A stretch of DNA of 64,000 bases from a virus (lineage: Duplodnaviria; Caudoviricetes): the IMG/VR virus record IMGVR_UViG_3300021256_000062, positions 32,001 to 96,000 of that record; one strand, written 5' to 3'. The translations under genes and the position numbers were made by a program. This document shows positions 1 through 9,778 of the stretch, piece by piece. The notes below the pieces were generated by a model that saw only the letters and a list, made by a program, of their open reading frames with translations, was not told the origin of the DNA and did not search any database. The stretch's first letter is position 1, and each line of letters begins with the position of its first letter.

Positions 1-891
1 ATCAATCATATTTTTAGATAGGAAATAACTTTCATCTACATCCTTTTCTAATAAGTCTTTCAACTTATGTCTTAATGGAATTGGTTTAGGGAATTTATAT
101 GTATAATCTCCTAAAATTGAAATCATAAATACTCTTTCTCTATTTTGAGGAACTCCAAAATCTTTACCATTTAAAATCTTATAGAAATTAGAATATCCTA
201 ATTTTGTTAATTCATAACACCAAGCTTCAAATGATTTAAAGAATTTTTCAGAAATTAAAGGTGGAACATTCTCCATTAGTAAAATCTGTGGAAGATGTTC
301 TTTACCTAATTCATTACATTCTTTAAGGATTCTTTCAACTTGTGATAATAATCCACTTCTAGTACCCTCTCCTAATCCTGCCTGTTTACCGGCCAATGAA
401 AGGTCTTGACATGGGAAGCTATAAGTGAAAATATAATCATATTTATCAGTATCATTTATTTCTAATCCTTTACCTGTTACCCTTGAAATATCTACAAGAT
501 TATTTGCCCATTGAATGGAATTGTAAATTAATTGTAATTTCTCTAATTGCATTCTCTTTAATTGTTCTAATTTAGCAGGCTCATTGTAATTTGCAGATAC
601 TCCTAGTTCAAATAACTTTTGAGCAAGTTCATCCCTGGTCATTTCTCCACAATAATCCTTACCATAATTAGGTAACTCATCCTTATGTAATTCTGCATAT
701 GATATGATTGATGGAATAGCCCATTCACAAATCCTATGATGTGTTACTCTTTTTTTAAACTCTTCATCTCCTAAAAGATAGCGAAGTCCAAGGGCCTGAC
801 TGCCGTAACCCGCAAAACATTCGATAAGTTTTATGTCGCCATCAATATGATACTCATCATAAATCATATCAAATAAATTTAAATTTTTCAA
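1..891 (-). CDS. C5 cytosine DNA methyltransferase, M.SssI/M.MpeI-like (3' end outside window; absent from ORF track)
   Basis: Hand translation from TTG at 891 (GGAG RBS at 900-903) gives motif I IECFAGYGSQ, motif IV FTYSFPCQDLS, GTRSGLL, motif VI LLMENV and motif VIII QNRERVF. It has the long insertion after motif II seen in M.SssI. Frame is open to position 1. Confidence 0.92.
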   Translation of the reverse strand, partial: MKNLNLFDMIYDEYHIDGDIKLIECFAGYGSQALGLRYLLGDEEFKKRVTHHRICEWAIPSIISYAELHKDELPNYGKDYCGEMTRDELAQKLFELGVSANYNEPAKLEQLKRMQLEKLQLIYNSIQWANNLVDISRVTGKGLEINDTDKYDYIFTYSFPCQDLSLAGKQAGLGEGTRSGLLSQVERILKECNELGKEHLPQILLMENVPPLISEKFFKSFEAWCYELTKLGYSNFYKILNGKDFGVPQNRERVFMISILGDYTYKFPKPIPLRHKLKDLLEKDVDESYFLSKNMID

Positions 892-903
892 AATATCAAC
901 TCC

Positions 904-1812
904 TTAATCTTGTAATTCAGCTCCTACAGAACTTGGAGCGTCATCATCTTCTAGTGTAACTTGTAATGGTGTTGCACCATTTAAATTACAACAGTCATCT
1001 TTGTTAGGATTGAAATTATCTCTCCAATAAAGGTAATGTTCTAGTACATCTTCACATACTGATACATTTGGAATCTTAATCTTACTTAAAATTTCTTTCT
1101 TAACATCTAATGGTAAATGATTATATCCACCCTCTTTTAAAGTATGTTTAGAATAATCAATATCAAACCATTTCTTAATCCAAGTATTAACTCTTAAGAA
1201 TTCTACAATTGCTTTATTGATTCCCAAAGAGTTTAATTTATCAAAATCCATAAATTCTGGAATTAATGGACTTAATCTAATTGCAACATCAAATCCATTA
1301 TCTTGTAATTTTTTAATAGCTTCAATTCTCTTACTTGGTAATGATGCTTTCTCATAATCTAATTTAAGATATAACTCATCATCTAGTGTTGTTGTAGTAA
1401 TTTGAATATGTGCTAAATCTTTTCTCATAATTTGTAAATATTCATCATTTGCAACTATATGTGATTTAGTAACAATTAAATAATGAATATCATATTTATT
1501 TAATATTTTAATTGTTTCATATGTTACTCGGTGTTCAAGTTCACAAGGTTGGAAACAATCAGTCATACCACCAAGTCTTAATGTTGTTCCTTTAGGTAGT
1601 TTTTTGACCTTATTTTCAATTTTCTTTAGACTAGCAACACTTGGTTCATCTGGGTTCCAAAGTCCTCTAAAATCAAGTAAAGAACGTGCATAACAGTAAC
1701 TGCAGTTATGATAACATCCACATCCATAAGTATCTAGTCTAGTTGGGTAGTGACATTTATTTCCTTCCCCACCACCTACAGTTTTGAAAAAACTTTTAAA
1801 TTCCTTTGCCAT
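904..1812 (-). CDS. Radical SAM protein, spore photoproduct lyase-like
   Basis: CxxxCxxC motif (GCYHNCSYCYAR), GGMTDCFQP, TKS, RLSP, C-terminal DCC. Confidence 0.8.
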   Translation of the reverse strand: MAKEFKSFFKTVGGGEGNKCHYPTRLDTYGCGCYHNCSYCYARSLLDFRGLWNPDEPSVASLKKIENKVKKLPKGTTLRLGGMTDCFQPCELEHRVTYETIKILNKYDIHYLIVTKSHIVANDEYLQIMRKDLAHIQITTTTLDDELYLKLDYEKASLPSKRIEAIKKLQDNGFDVAIRLSPLIPEFMDFDKLNSLGINKAIVEFLRVNTWIKKWFDIDYSKHTLKEGGYNHLPLDVKKEILSKIKIPNVSVCEDVLEHYLYWRDNFNPNKDDCCNLNGATPLQVTLEDDDAPSSVGAELQD

Positions 1813-1822
1813 TTAATTCTCC

Positions 1823-2728
1823 TTATTTTAAAATATTACATATTACATAATCTATAATTTTATCACTGTCTAATAATCCAGCTTTTAATCTATAATCAAT
1901 TGTATTTAACAATTCATATATCTCAATCAGTTTTTCATTACTATATTTACCACAATTATATTTAATTGCCTTAAACTGATTTGCAGTTAATCCTAATTTC
2001 TCAGGAGTTGGATTGACACTCATTTGAATGTCTATTATATTCTTAAATTGTCTTAATAATAATGTGATTAGTCCTACAGGTTCTACATCAATTAAATCAA
2101 TAACTTTAAGAATTTGATTGACTGCATCATATTTCTTTTTAGTTATTGCATTTATTAAATCAAACACTGTAAAATTGCATAAATCCATATAACCATTTTC
2201 TTTATTGATTAATAGGAATATTCTCATTCTATCCTTTTCATCAAATACTGCAATTTTATCTATTTCATTTTCCAATCTCAATATGTTATATTTAGTAATC
2301 TCACATAACCACTTTATTGCTTTAGGGTCCATCCCTTTTAATCTTTCTTCTGCATACATAGTTATCTGCCAATCAGTTAATTTTGGAAATAAATAAATAT
2401 AATCAGTAAGATTATTTTCTATATCTTTTTTAATTTTCTTACATTTAATAATGCAATTCTCTAATCCATCCATATTGACAATATTATTTTCAAGCTCATC
2501 AACATCTACTACATTTAGATATGTTGTAGTGTCAAAAAATATATCATCCTTTAATGATAGTAACTTTTCAACACTATCAACATAATTCAATTCTAGATTA
2601 CAATTCTCACAAATTGCATTGATATATGTATTAACTAAAAAAGAGTTATCTTCATACTTAAATATCTTAAAACCATTGTCTAATTCTTTGTTTAAGATAT
2701 TCTCTTTTAATAACTCTAATGATTTCAT
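1823..2728 (-). CDS. holA: Clamp loader delta subunit (HolA-like)
   Basis: LENEIDKI, TVFDLINAI and IDYRLKAG patterns; next to dnaX and holB homologues. Confidence 0.7.
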   Translation of the reverse strand: MKSLELLKENILNKELDNGFKIFKYEDNSFLVNTYINAICENCNLELNYVDSVEKLLSLKDDIFFDTTTYLNVVDVDELENNIVNMDGLENCIIKCKKIKKDIENNLTDYIYLFPKLTDWQITMYAEERLKGMDPKAIKWLCEITKYNILRLENEIDKIAVFDEKDRMRIFLLINKENGYMDLCNFTVFDLINAITKKKYDAVNQILKVIDLIDVEPVGLITLLLRQFKNIIDIQMSVNPTPEKLGLTANQFKAIKYNCGKYSNEKLIEIYELLNTIDYRLKAGLLDSDKIIDYVICNILK

Positions 2729-3384
2729 TCATCCCACCCTATCTCTTTTTGGACATAATATAAATCTAATAATGATTTAAAACATTTAAAATATTTAGAT
2801 GCTTTGTCCATTGCAATTTCTTCTACTTGTAATTTTGATTCTGGCGATTTACCAGTATTTATAATTAATATTCGGTCAACCTTTAAATTATTTTCTCTGA
2901 CCAATTGTTCATAACTACTTACTTGAACTTTTTGTTCAGTATTAATTTGTTTACTTGTTTTGATATCTATTATAGTCCACTTTCCATCTACTTTACAATA
3001 TAAATCAAGGAATCCACCATATCTATATGTTTCACTTACTAATCTCTTTTCAATTTCAACATCTTCAATAGTATGTTGATTTTCCCATTCTAGATATCTA
3101 TAGAATGCATCTTCAGCTGTTTTCAAGTCATAATCATCATACTTTGAAATATCTACTTCAGTGTGTAATAAATGAGATTGAATGATTGTATGAATTAAAT
3201 CTCCAACACTTGCACTATGTGTGACATATTCAGTAACATCTACTCCCTTTTTACCTAAATTGTTTGCCCATTTAACTAGAAATGGTTTATCTAATAATTT
3301 TAATATTGTTGTAGCACCTGGAACTTTAGTACCATCTTTAAGTTTTAAGACTCTACTATCATCTTTCTTTTCTTTTTCTTCCAT
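2725..3384 (-). CDS. PD-(D/E)XK exonuclease (Cas4/lambda-exo-like)
   Basis: PGATTIL, GDLIH, YGGFLD, IIDIKTS, QVSSY. Start refined to the ATG overlapping the upstream TAA. Confidence 0.8.
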   Translation of the reverse strand: MEEKEKKDDSRVLKLKDGTKVPGATTILKLLDKPFLVKWANNLGKKGVDVTEYVTHSASVGDLIHTIIQSHLLHTEVDISKYDDYDLKTAEDAFYRYLEWENQHTIEDVEIEKRLVSETYRYGGFLDLYCKVDGKWTIIDIKTSKQINTEQKVQVSSYEQLVRENNLKVDRILIINTGKSPESKLQVEEIAMDKASKYFKCFKSLLDLYYVQKEIGWDE

Positions 3385-4181
3385 TAACTTATTCCTTTTG
3401 ATAATTTCCAAAGTTCTATTAAATAATTAGTTAATAAATCTTCTCTTTTAAATCTACTATCATTTAATCTAATTGCATATTTTTGAGTTAACATATAATA
3501 ACTGAAATAATTACTATTTGATATACATGAACATTTTAATTTATATAACATTAGTTTAAAGAATGTATTAACATTGAATTTTCCATATTGGTCTTTATAG
3601 TTAAATTGTGATGTTATTGATAACATATTTGAGAAATTAGCATCTTGTAATTTCAAAATTATAGTATCACATAATCTATCTAGTGATTGTAAATCTTCAT
3701 TTACAATATCATTCATTTGACCAGGTGTAGTACATATATTTAATAATATAGGTTTATTCTCATCAGATGCTAGTGTATATGCAATATCATCCATTAAGAA
3801 TTCTTTACTATATCTTTCAAACTGATATATTATACATCTATTTAATATTGTATTTAACACCAAATTTTTATTATTTACCAATACACATACAAATGTATAG
3901 GCATCATAATCTTCTAGGAATTTTAATAATATATTTTGGTCTTTAACTTCTTCTATATCTATAGTATATAATGTAGGTACTCTACTTACTTGTATTTCTG
4001 CAATTAAATCATTTGATATTGTTTCAGTTATATCTTGATACTCAAGCTCTTTCATTTCAGCAATATCTTTTGAAAATAGATGTTTACCACATCCATCATC
4101 TCCTAACAATATAAATGCATGTGGTAGAACTTTCATATTCATAAATGTATTAACTAATTTTTCTTGACCTCTTAATTGCAA
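3384..4181 (-). CDS. holB: Clamp loader delta-prime subunit (HolB-like)
   Basis: RGQE, PHAFILLGDDGCGK, QNILLKFLED, TILNRC. Confidence 0.75.
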   Translation of the reverse strand: MQLRGQEKLVNTFMNMKVLPHAFILLGDDGCGKHLFSKDIAEMKELEYQDITETISNDLIAEIQVSRVPTLYTIDIEEVKDQNILLKFLEDYDAYTFVCVLVNNKNLVLNTILNRCIIYQFERYSKEFLMDDIAYTLASDENKPILLNICTTPGQMNDIVNEDLQSLDRLCDTIILKLQDANFSNMLSITSQFNYKDQYGKFNVNTFFKLMLYKLKCSCISNSNYFSYYMLTQKYAIRLNDSRFKREDLLTNYLIELWKLSKGIS

Positions 4182-4186
4182 TTAAA

Positions 4187-4429
4187 TCAACTCCTATTGA
4201 ATAATAATATTATACCGGCAATTAAAAATATAATCAAGTATAATCCTAAAGTCAATGCAATTGGGAACCATAATGGGAACCATACCCAAAACCAAGTAAA
4301 TGATTCAGGAAATACATTTGTGACTTTTAAAATTAAGAATACTAACCAAGTAATAAATCCCATAGATTCTAAGCTAATACTTGCAACTACTGTTTTTGGA
4401 CTATTATCATATTCATTAATAGTATACAT
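4187..4429 (-). CDS. Small membrane protein
   Basis: Two hydrophobic helices, WFWVWFPLW motif. Confidence 0.7.
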   Translation of the reverse strand: MYTINEYDNSPKTVVASISLESMGFITWLVFLILKVTNVFPESFTWFWVWFPLWFPIALTLGLYLIIFLIAGIILLFNRS

Positions 4430-4430
4430 T

Positions 4431-5444
4431 TTAAACTCCTCTACACATTTTAATCATCATAACTTCAATAGTGGAGAATAGATTTGTATCATACTTGATT
4501 GCATTTTTGATTTCTAATATTCTATCTACAAATCTAGAGTAGTAAGTTTTACTATCTCCTTCTCCAACTGTATATATTAAATCTTCTTTGAATATTCCAG
4601 GGATTTTAATTGAATCTAAATCCCTAAATATACTATACTTAAATAAATCCAATGCAAAATCTAGGAAATGTTCAATGAATAATTTCAAATCATACCCCTT
4701 ATTATACAAGTCTTCTATTGTGGTAATTACTAAATTATCATTTCCATCTATTATTGCATTTGTTAAATCAAACATTATTTTATAGGAGAAATCTCCTAAT
4801 ACATCTAGTGTTGTTTCTATTTTAAAATCAGTTGAGTATGCAGCAACTTTATCTAATAAAGCAATTGCATCTCTCATTCCACCATTTGCTAACTTTGCAA
4901 TGTAATCAATTGATTCTTCATAATTAGTAAATTTTTCTTCTCTACAAATCATAAGTAATCTTTCTTTAATCTTATCAGTTGGAATTCTAGTAAGATTGAA
5001 TCTCATTACTCTATTTAATATTGTATTTGGTATCTTTTGTGGGTCAGTTGTACAAAAGATAAATATAGTATATTTTGGTGGTTCTTCTAGACATTTAAGA
5101 AATGCTTGCCAAGCTGCATTTGTAAGAACGTGACATTCATCTATAATTATTACTTTATATGTACTAATGTCTCTTTCACTTGCGTGGTCAACTATATTTC
5201 TTATTTTATCTACACCATTATTAGATGCAGCGTCTATTTCAATTGGATGTCCTTCTCCATTATTTATCATATTTGCCATTATTCTAGCGATAGTTGTTTT
5301 ACCACATCCTGAAGAACCTGTAAATAAATAAACATTCTTAAAAGTCTTTTCAACTATTTGTTTATTTAAACTTTCTACAATGTGTTCTTGAGAAACAACA
5401 TCACTAAATTCTTTTGGTCTATATTTAGTTGCTAATGTTTCCAT
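4431..5444 (-). CDS. dnaX: Clamp loader gamma/tau subunit
   Basis: LATKYRP, GSSGCGKTT, EIDAASNNGVD, IIDECH, LKCLEEPP, GGMRDA. Confidence 0.93.
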   Translation of the reverse strand: METLATKYRPKEFSDVVSQEHIVESLNKQIVEKTFKNVYLFTGSSGCGKTTIARIMANMINNGEGHPIEIDAASNNGVDKIRNIVDHASERDISTYKVIIIDECHVLTNAAWQAFLKCLEEPPKYTIFIFCTTDPQKIPNTILNRVMRFNLTRIPTDKIKERLLMICREEKFTNYEESIDYIAKLANGGMRDAIALLDKVAAYSTDFKIETTLDVLGDFSYKIMFDLTNAIIDGNDNLVITTIEDLYNKGYDLKLFIEHFLDFALDLFKYSIFRDLDSIKIPGIFKEDLIYTVGEGDSKTYYSRFVDRILEIKNAIKYDTNLFSTIEVMMIKMCRGV

Positions 5445-5461
5445 TTAATTTATCACCAACT

Positions 5462-5812
5462 TTATATCTTATTTATTACATCAATTTCATCCATTGGTAA
5501 CCAACCAAACCAATTTTCTACGAATGATGTGCAATTTAAATCATTAAATCCTATTCCTGATACTTTAATCATGTTACCCATAACTTGTGTTACTTCCACT
5601 TGATAGAATCTTCCTTTAGGTAATCTACCATTGTTCCAATTAATTAAATTACTATCTTGATTATAAATAGAATCATTCAATCTAATTAGGTAACATTTAT
5701 CAGTTTCCATATGTAATTTGTCATTCTTATTAATTTTATAGTGTTCTTCTTCAACTTTAACTAGGTTTGCATATTTTAATTTATTTAATTCTCTAGTTAA
5801 TCTTTCACTCAT
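5462..5812 (-). CDS. Hypothetical protein
   Basis: ORF coupled to upstream gene by ATGA overlap. Confidence 0.7.
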   Translation of the reverse strand: MSERLTRELNKLKYANLVKVEEEHYKINKNDKLHMETDKCYLIRLNDSIYNQDSNLINWNNGRLPKGRFYQVEVTQVMGNMIKVSGIGFNDLNCTSFVENWFGWLPMDEIDVINKI

Positions 5813-6018
5813 ATAGACTGTCTAATAGCCCTTATTTGTTTATCTACTTCATCATTAACTTCATTCCAAAGTTTTTCCTTTTCTTCTTCTAGATTAACAT
5901 TATCTGGATTATTAATAACTTTCTCCATTGTAAATTCAACCTTTGCTGAATTAAAGTTACCTAGATTTAAGGTAAATGATGATGTTGCGATAATCCTTGT
6001 AGTTTCAATATCTTTCAT
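5809..6018 (-). CDS. Hypothetical protein
   Basis: GGAG RBS and own promoter; TLNLGNFNSAKVE motif common in small phage proteins. Confidence 0.7.
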   Translation of the reverse strand: MKDIETTRIIATSSFTLNLGNFNSAKVEFTMEKVINNPDNVNLEEEKEKLWNEVNDEVDKQIRAIRQSI

Positions 6019-6038
6019 TTACATCACTCCTACTTAAA

Positions 6039-6067
6039 ATTATAACACTATTTAAATTATTTGTCAA
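6039..6067 (-). promoter_or_regulatory. Sigma70-type promoter
   Basis: TTGACA-17 nt-TATAAT with extended TG; the -35 overlaps the upstream TGA stop. Confidence 0.85.
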
Positions 6068-6420
6068 TTGTTTTCTTCCTCTAACTTTTCAACTAAGAAT
6101 TTCATTAACTTTTCATCTATAATAAAAAAGTTTTCTTGTTCAGGACCAAAGTTAAATGCTATACAATTTTCATCAGCTCTAACATTAAATGCATCAGCCC
6201 TATTTTTATCAATCCATTCCTTTTTAATTGAAAATGAATTTTTATCTTCCATACAAGTTTTGCACTCTATTAAGAGAGATGCATTAGGAACAACTACATC
6301 TCCCTTTCTATAAAGTCCTGCACCTGAGTTTGAATTCTTTTGACCATTTAATAACTTTGCAACATATGTTTCTTGTAAATCACTGAAATATCTTGTTGAT
6401 TGTTTATTTTTAGTATCCAA
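6064..6420 (-). CDS. Holliday junction resolvase (Hjc-like PD-(D/E)XK)
   Basis: QE..VAK, NSGAG..KGDV, LIECKT. Confidence 0.75.
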   Translation of the reverse strand: MDTKNKQSTRYFSDLQETYVAKLLNGQKNSNSGAGLYRKGDVVVPNASLLIECKTCMEDKNSFSIKKEWIDKNRADAFNVRADENCIAFNFGPEQENFFIIDEKLMKFLVEKLEEENN

Positions 6421-6422
6421 TA

Positions 6423-7592
6423 TTATTCACTCTCCATTTGTTCTTCTTTTAGATTAACTCCAAATTCTTCTTCAATGTTAATTCCTAACATCTTTTCAAA
6501 TGAAACAACATTTGGATTATCCTTAATTGCAATCAATTCATACACTTTATCATAAATAGTTCTCCAGAAGTCTACATTCTCTTCTAAATACTTTTTAACA
6601 TTAGATTCACCATTTATTTTGATTTCCTTACCCGTAGAATCAGTTATTGGTTGTCCAGTGTCTAAATTAATAAAATTATACCAACTATTATTAATTTTAT
6701 TTATGATTCCAAAATGAGTTGCAACTTCAATAGTATCCCATAATACATCAATACCTTTAGTATAGTGTAGATGACATCTTCCAAGTTTTCTATCCCACTT
6801 ACAGAATTTTGTCTTTAATACTGCCATTTCAATAACATGTCCTGCTGGGCTACCATCTGAACATTTTTCACCAGCTTCATTAAAGAATTCTCCACGTTTA
6901 AATCTTAATCTTAATGAACAAGCTCTCTTCCAAGCATTTCCACCTGCAGTTTTCTCTGGATTTCCAAACATACAGTTAGGGTCTAAATACAAACCATTAA
7001 TACCTATAAATGTAGTCTTGTATCTATTAATTAAACCTGTGCTTCTCTTAACAAAGTCTGAAATACATTTAGCAAGTGTACCCATATCTTTCTTTTCCAT
7101 ACCAGCATTACTTACTTGTTGTGGTGCAATGGCAACTAAAGAGTCGAATATTACTAATCCAATTTCTCCTGTTTTAATACCATTGATAACAATATCAAAT
7201 AATTGTTCAGCGGATTGACCGGCTGCCTTTACATATACTGTTCTGATTTCTTCATCATTCATATCATATCCTGATTTAATTGACCAAGTAGGGTCAGCTG
7301 TACCCTCGGCATCTATAAATAAGATATGTTTTCTTTCTTCTATTGGTTTCTTCTTTTCTTGTCTAATAAAACATCCTGCCATTAAGAATGCTGCAGTAGT
7401 TTTACCAGATGATTCTGGACCAACTAATTCAATAAAACAAGCTCTAGGGATTGAGTTATATACACAGAAATCCCAACTAGGAGTTCCTAGAGAGAATGTC
7501 TCTTTGAATCCATCTAATTTAACACCATACACAGCAAGATTATCCATCTTGTATGTTTTATTAATATCTTTTATAAAACTATCTAATGACAT
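6423..7592 (-). CDS. recA: RecA/UvsX recombinase
   Basis: IELVGPESSGKTT, FIDAE, VIFDSLVA, GGNAWK. Confidence 0.92.
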   Translation of the reverse strand: MSLDSFIKDINKTYKMDNLAVYGVKLDGFKETFSLGTPSWDFCVYNSIPRACFIELVGPESSGKTTAAFLMAGCFIRQEKKKPIEERKHILFIDAEGTADPTWSIKSGYDMNDEEIRTVYVKAAGQSAEQLFDIVINGIKTGEIGLVIFDSLVAIAPQQVSNAGMEKKDMGTLAKCISDFVKRSTGLINRYKTTFIGINGLYLDPNCMFGNPEKTAGGNAWKRACSLRLRFKRGEFFNEAGEKCSDGSPAGHVIEMAVLKTKFCKWDRKLGRCHLHYTKGIDVLWDTIEVATHFGIINKINNSWYNFINLDTGQPITDSTGKEIKINGESNVKKYLEENVDFWRTIYDKVYELIAIKDNPNVVSFEKMLGINIEEEFGVNLKEEQMESE

Positions 7593-8146
7593 TAGTTACT
7601 CCCTTCATTAAATGGGTTTACATAATCAGAATAATCTTTTTCATTCATTCTCTTTGAGATTATTTTAGATAATGTTTTTACCATTTCATTTGCACTTTCA
7701 ATTTTTGTTTTAATAATTCTAAAACTTCTAGCATATATTGCATTCACTATGCTATCATTCATAGATGCTGATTCTGCATATGCTCTATTTTCATCAACAG
7801 TTGTTTTCTTACCACTCGCAATATTTTGTATTTGATTATCAGAATATGCTTGGTTATATTTAATTTTTACATTTGCTTTAGATAAATCATCATATAGTCC
7901 TAAAAATTCTCCTTTAGAACCTAAAAAGTATATTGCATTTGTTAATTCTAGGAAATATTTCTCTAGTACTGCATCTGATACTAAATCTGCATTAATAACA
8001 TCTCTATTGATGTCTTTCATTATATCATCTAATACTTGAGTATATTCATTAACAATATCATCACTGATTGTTCTTATGTCATTTACATTTTCATCAATAT
8101 ACTTTTTTATATTTTTAATTTCATCTAAATTAATTGTAGTTTCCAT
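7592..8146 (-). CDS. Helical protein, possible UvsY-like recombination mediator
   Basis: All-helical, coupled to recA; function inferred from position. Confidence 0.45.
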   Translation of the reverse strand: METTINLDEIKNIKKYIDENVNDIRTISDDIVNEYTQVLDDIMKDINRDVINADLVSDAVLEKYFLELTNAIYFLGSKGEFLGLYDDLSKANVKIKYNQAYSDNQIQNIASGKKTTVDENRAYAESASMNDSIVNAIYARSFRIIKTKIESANEMVKTLSKIISKRMNEKDYSDYVNPFNEGSN

Positions 8147-8154
8147 TAGACCAC

Positions 8155-8625
8155 CTACTTTTCAATTTCTACGAACTTATTGAAATCACATTTCATAAAT
8201 GTTCTTAACTTTTCAGTTGAAATTATATAGAATTTATACTTATCTTCAAGAACATCTTTGATATTAATTGATTTCTTACCATCATTTTTCATCTGTTTAA
8301 TTGTTCTAACATTTACCCATATTACTACATCATGTTTACTGAACCATAATAATACTCCAGGATATGTTCCTAATTTATTATCATATTCTAGTAAATCTTC
8401 ATATTGTGTCAGCTTTGCAAAATTAAATGTGTTCTCCTTTGTTTCCTTACATTCAATCATAAATAATTTACTGAATGCAAATCCTAAATAATCACAAATA
8501 TTTCTAGACTGACCATAATATCTACTTTGTTGGTCTGGTAATCTAATAATTGTATTATCAGGGAGACTAGTTTCCCAATCTCCCTTTACTTTTGCTTCAA
8601 ATTTCTTACCTAAACTATATGCCAA
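8155..8625 (-). CDS. recU: RecU-like Holliday junction resolvase
   Basis: GKKFE, NICDY, IECKET, Q..L. Confidence 0.72.
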   Translation of the reverse strand: MAYSLGKKFEAKVKGDWETSLPDNTIIRLPDQQSRYYGQSRNICDYLGFAFSKLFMIECKETKENTFNFAKLTQYEDLLEYDNKLGTYPGVLLWFSKHDVVIWVNVRTIKQMKNDGKKSINIKDVLEDKYKFYIISTEKLRTFMKCDFNKFVEIEK

Positions 8626-8627
8626 GA

Positions 8628-9764
8628 TTATTCTCTCCTAGCTTCTGGAATCATATTTGTAATATTTCCACGAGATAATACAAATGATTGACCATTACCA
8701 AAGTTGAATAATAGAATATCTTCAGAACAATTATCAATAATTACTTTTAAATTATTAATATCAATGATTGCCTCATATCCATCAGTTACATTTGAATTTA
8801 AGATATCAATTTCTTCCTTATTTTCTTCTTTTGAATCATAGATGACTACTTTATCAGCACTGAACTTAAAAATACCAAAATCCTTTAAAGAATCATCTCT
8901 AGAGTTGTTAAATAATAATAATCTAGATAGTGCTTGTGATAATGCTAACTTGTCAATTGTAATTTGATGTGGATATGACATTTTTACTCTATCTCTAATT
9001 GCTTTAACTGGGAACTTACTTAATAAGCTTTCTTCAGTTGATGTGATAGATGTAATGATAATATCTTCATTTTCAAATCTTACTTTAGTTTGAATTAAAC
9101 CACTCTTAAGTTGGTCATATCCAATAGTAAACTTAACATTATCTCCTTCAAATAACTTAAATAACTTAACTAGTTTTTGATTTAATAATAATTTAATTGG
9201 CTGACTTAAACTAAAGTTATTTACACATGCACCTGTTGTAAATGTAATACATCCTTGTTCATCAATGTAAAATAACTTTTGAATTGGGTTAACAACCTCA
9301 TTTTTATTTAATTCCTTTAAGTTATAATTTAAGATACTTGATAAATAATCTACAGGAATAGTAAATTCAGATGTAGGATTATTAATTACAATTTCTTCTA
9401 ATTTTAATAAATCATTTCCTTCATAAATTAATGGGAACTTATAACTACCGTTTGCCTTTGCAATTAACATTGTTGATGTTACACTTAATTCAATTTGTTC
9501 AGTAGTTAATTTAGAAATTAAATTTAAGAATAATTTTGCATTAACAACTGCTCTAAAATTTTCATCTTGAATATCATTAATAGTTGCTCTTACATAATAA
9601 TCTTTGTTAGTAACATTTAAATATAATTTACCATCAGTAACTACTAGTTCTAGTTTGTCACCTACAGCTGTTTCATTAGGTGATGCATTCTTAACTGAAT
9701 CGTTATCTAATGCCCATAAAATTTTTGAAATAATCTTTTGTAATTTTTGTGTTTCTAGTATCAT
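8628..9764 (-). CDS. dnaN: Sliding clamp (beta-clamp-like)
   Basis: 378 aa with clamp-like patterns (LYLNVTN, AVVNAKLFLNLISKL, IDKLALSQALSRL); lies between polymerase and clamp loader genes. Confidence 0.75.
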   Translation of the reverse strand: MILETQKLQKIISKILWALDNDSVKNASPNETAVGDKLELVVTDGKLYLNVTNKDYYVRATINDIQDENFRAVVNAKLFLNLISKLTTEQIELSVTSTMLIAKANGSYKFPLIYEGNDLLKLEEIVINNPTSEFTIPVDYLSSILNYNLKELNKNEVVNPIQKLFYIDEQGCITFTTGACVNNFSLSQPIKLLLNQKLVKLFKLFEGDNVKFTIGYDQLKSGLIQTKVRFENEDIIITSITSTEESLLSKFPVKAIRDRVKMSYPHQITIDKLALSQALSRLLLFNNSRDDSLKDFGIFKFSADKVVIYDSKEENKEEIDILNSNVTDGYEAIIDINNLKVIIDNCSEDILLFNFGNGQSFVLSRGNITNMIPEARRE

Positions 9765-9778
9765 ATTTTTCCTTTCAT

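Noticed and set aside
2725-3384. CRISPR-associated Cas4
   Set aside because: No Fe-S cysteine set, cas genes or array; generic phage PD-(D/E)XK nuclease
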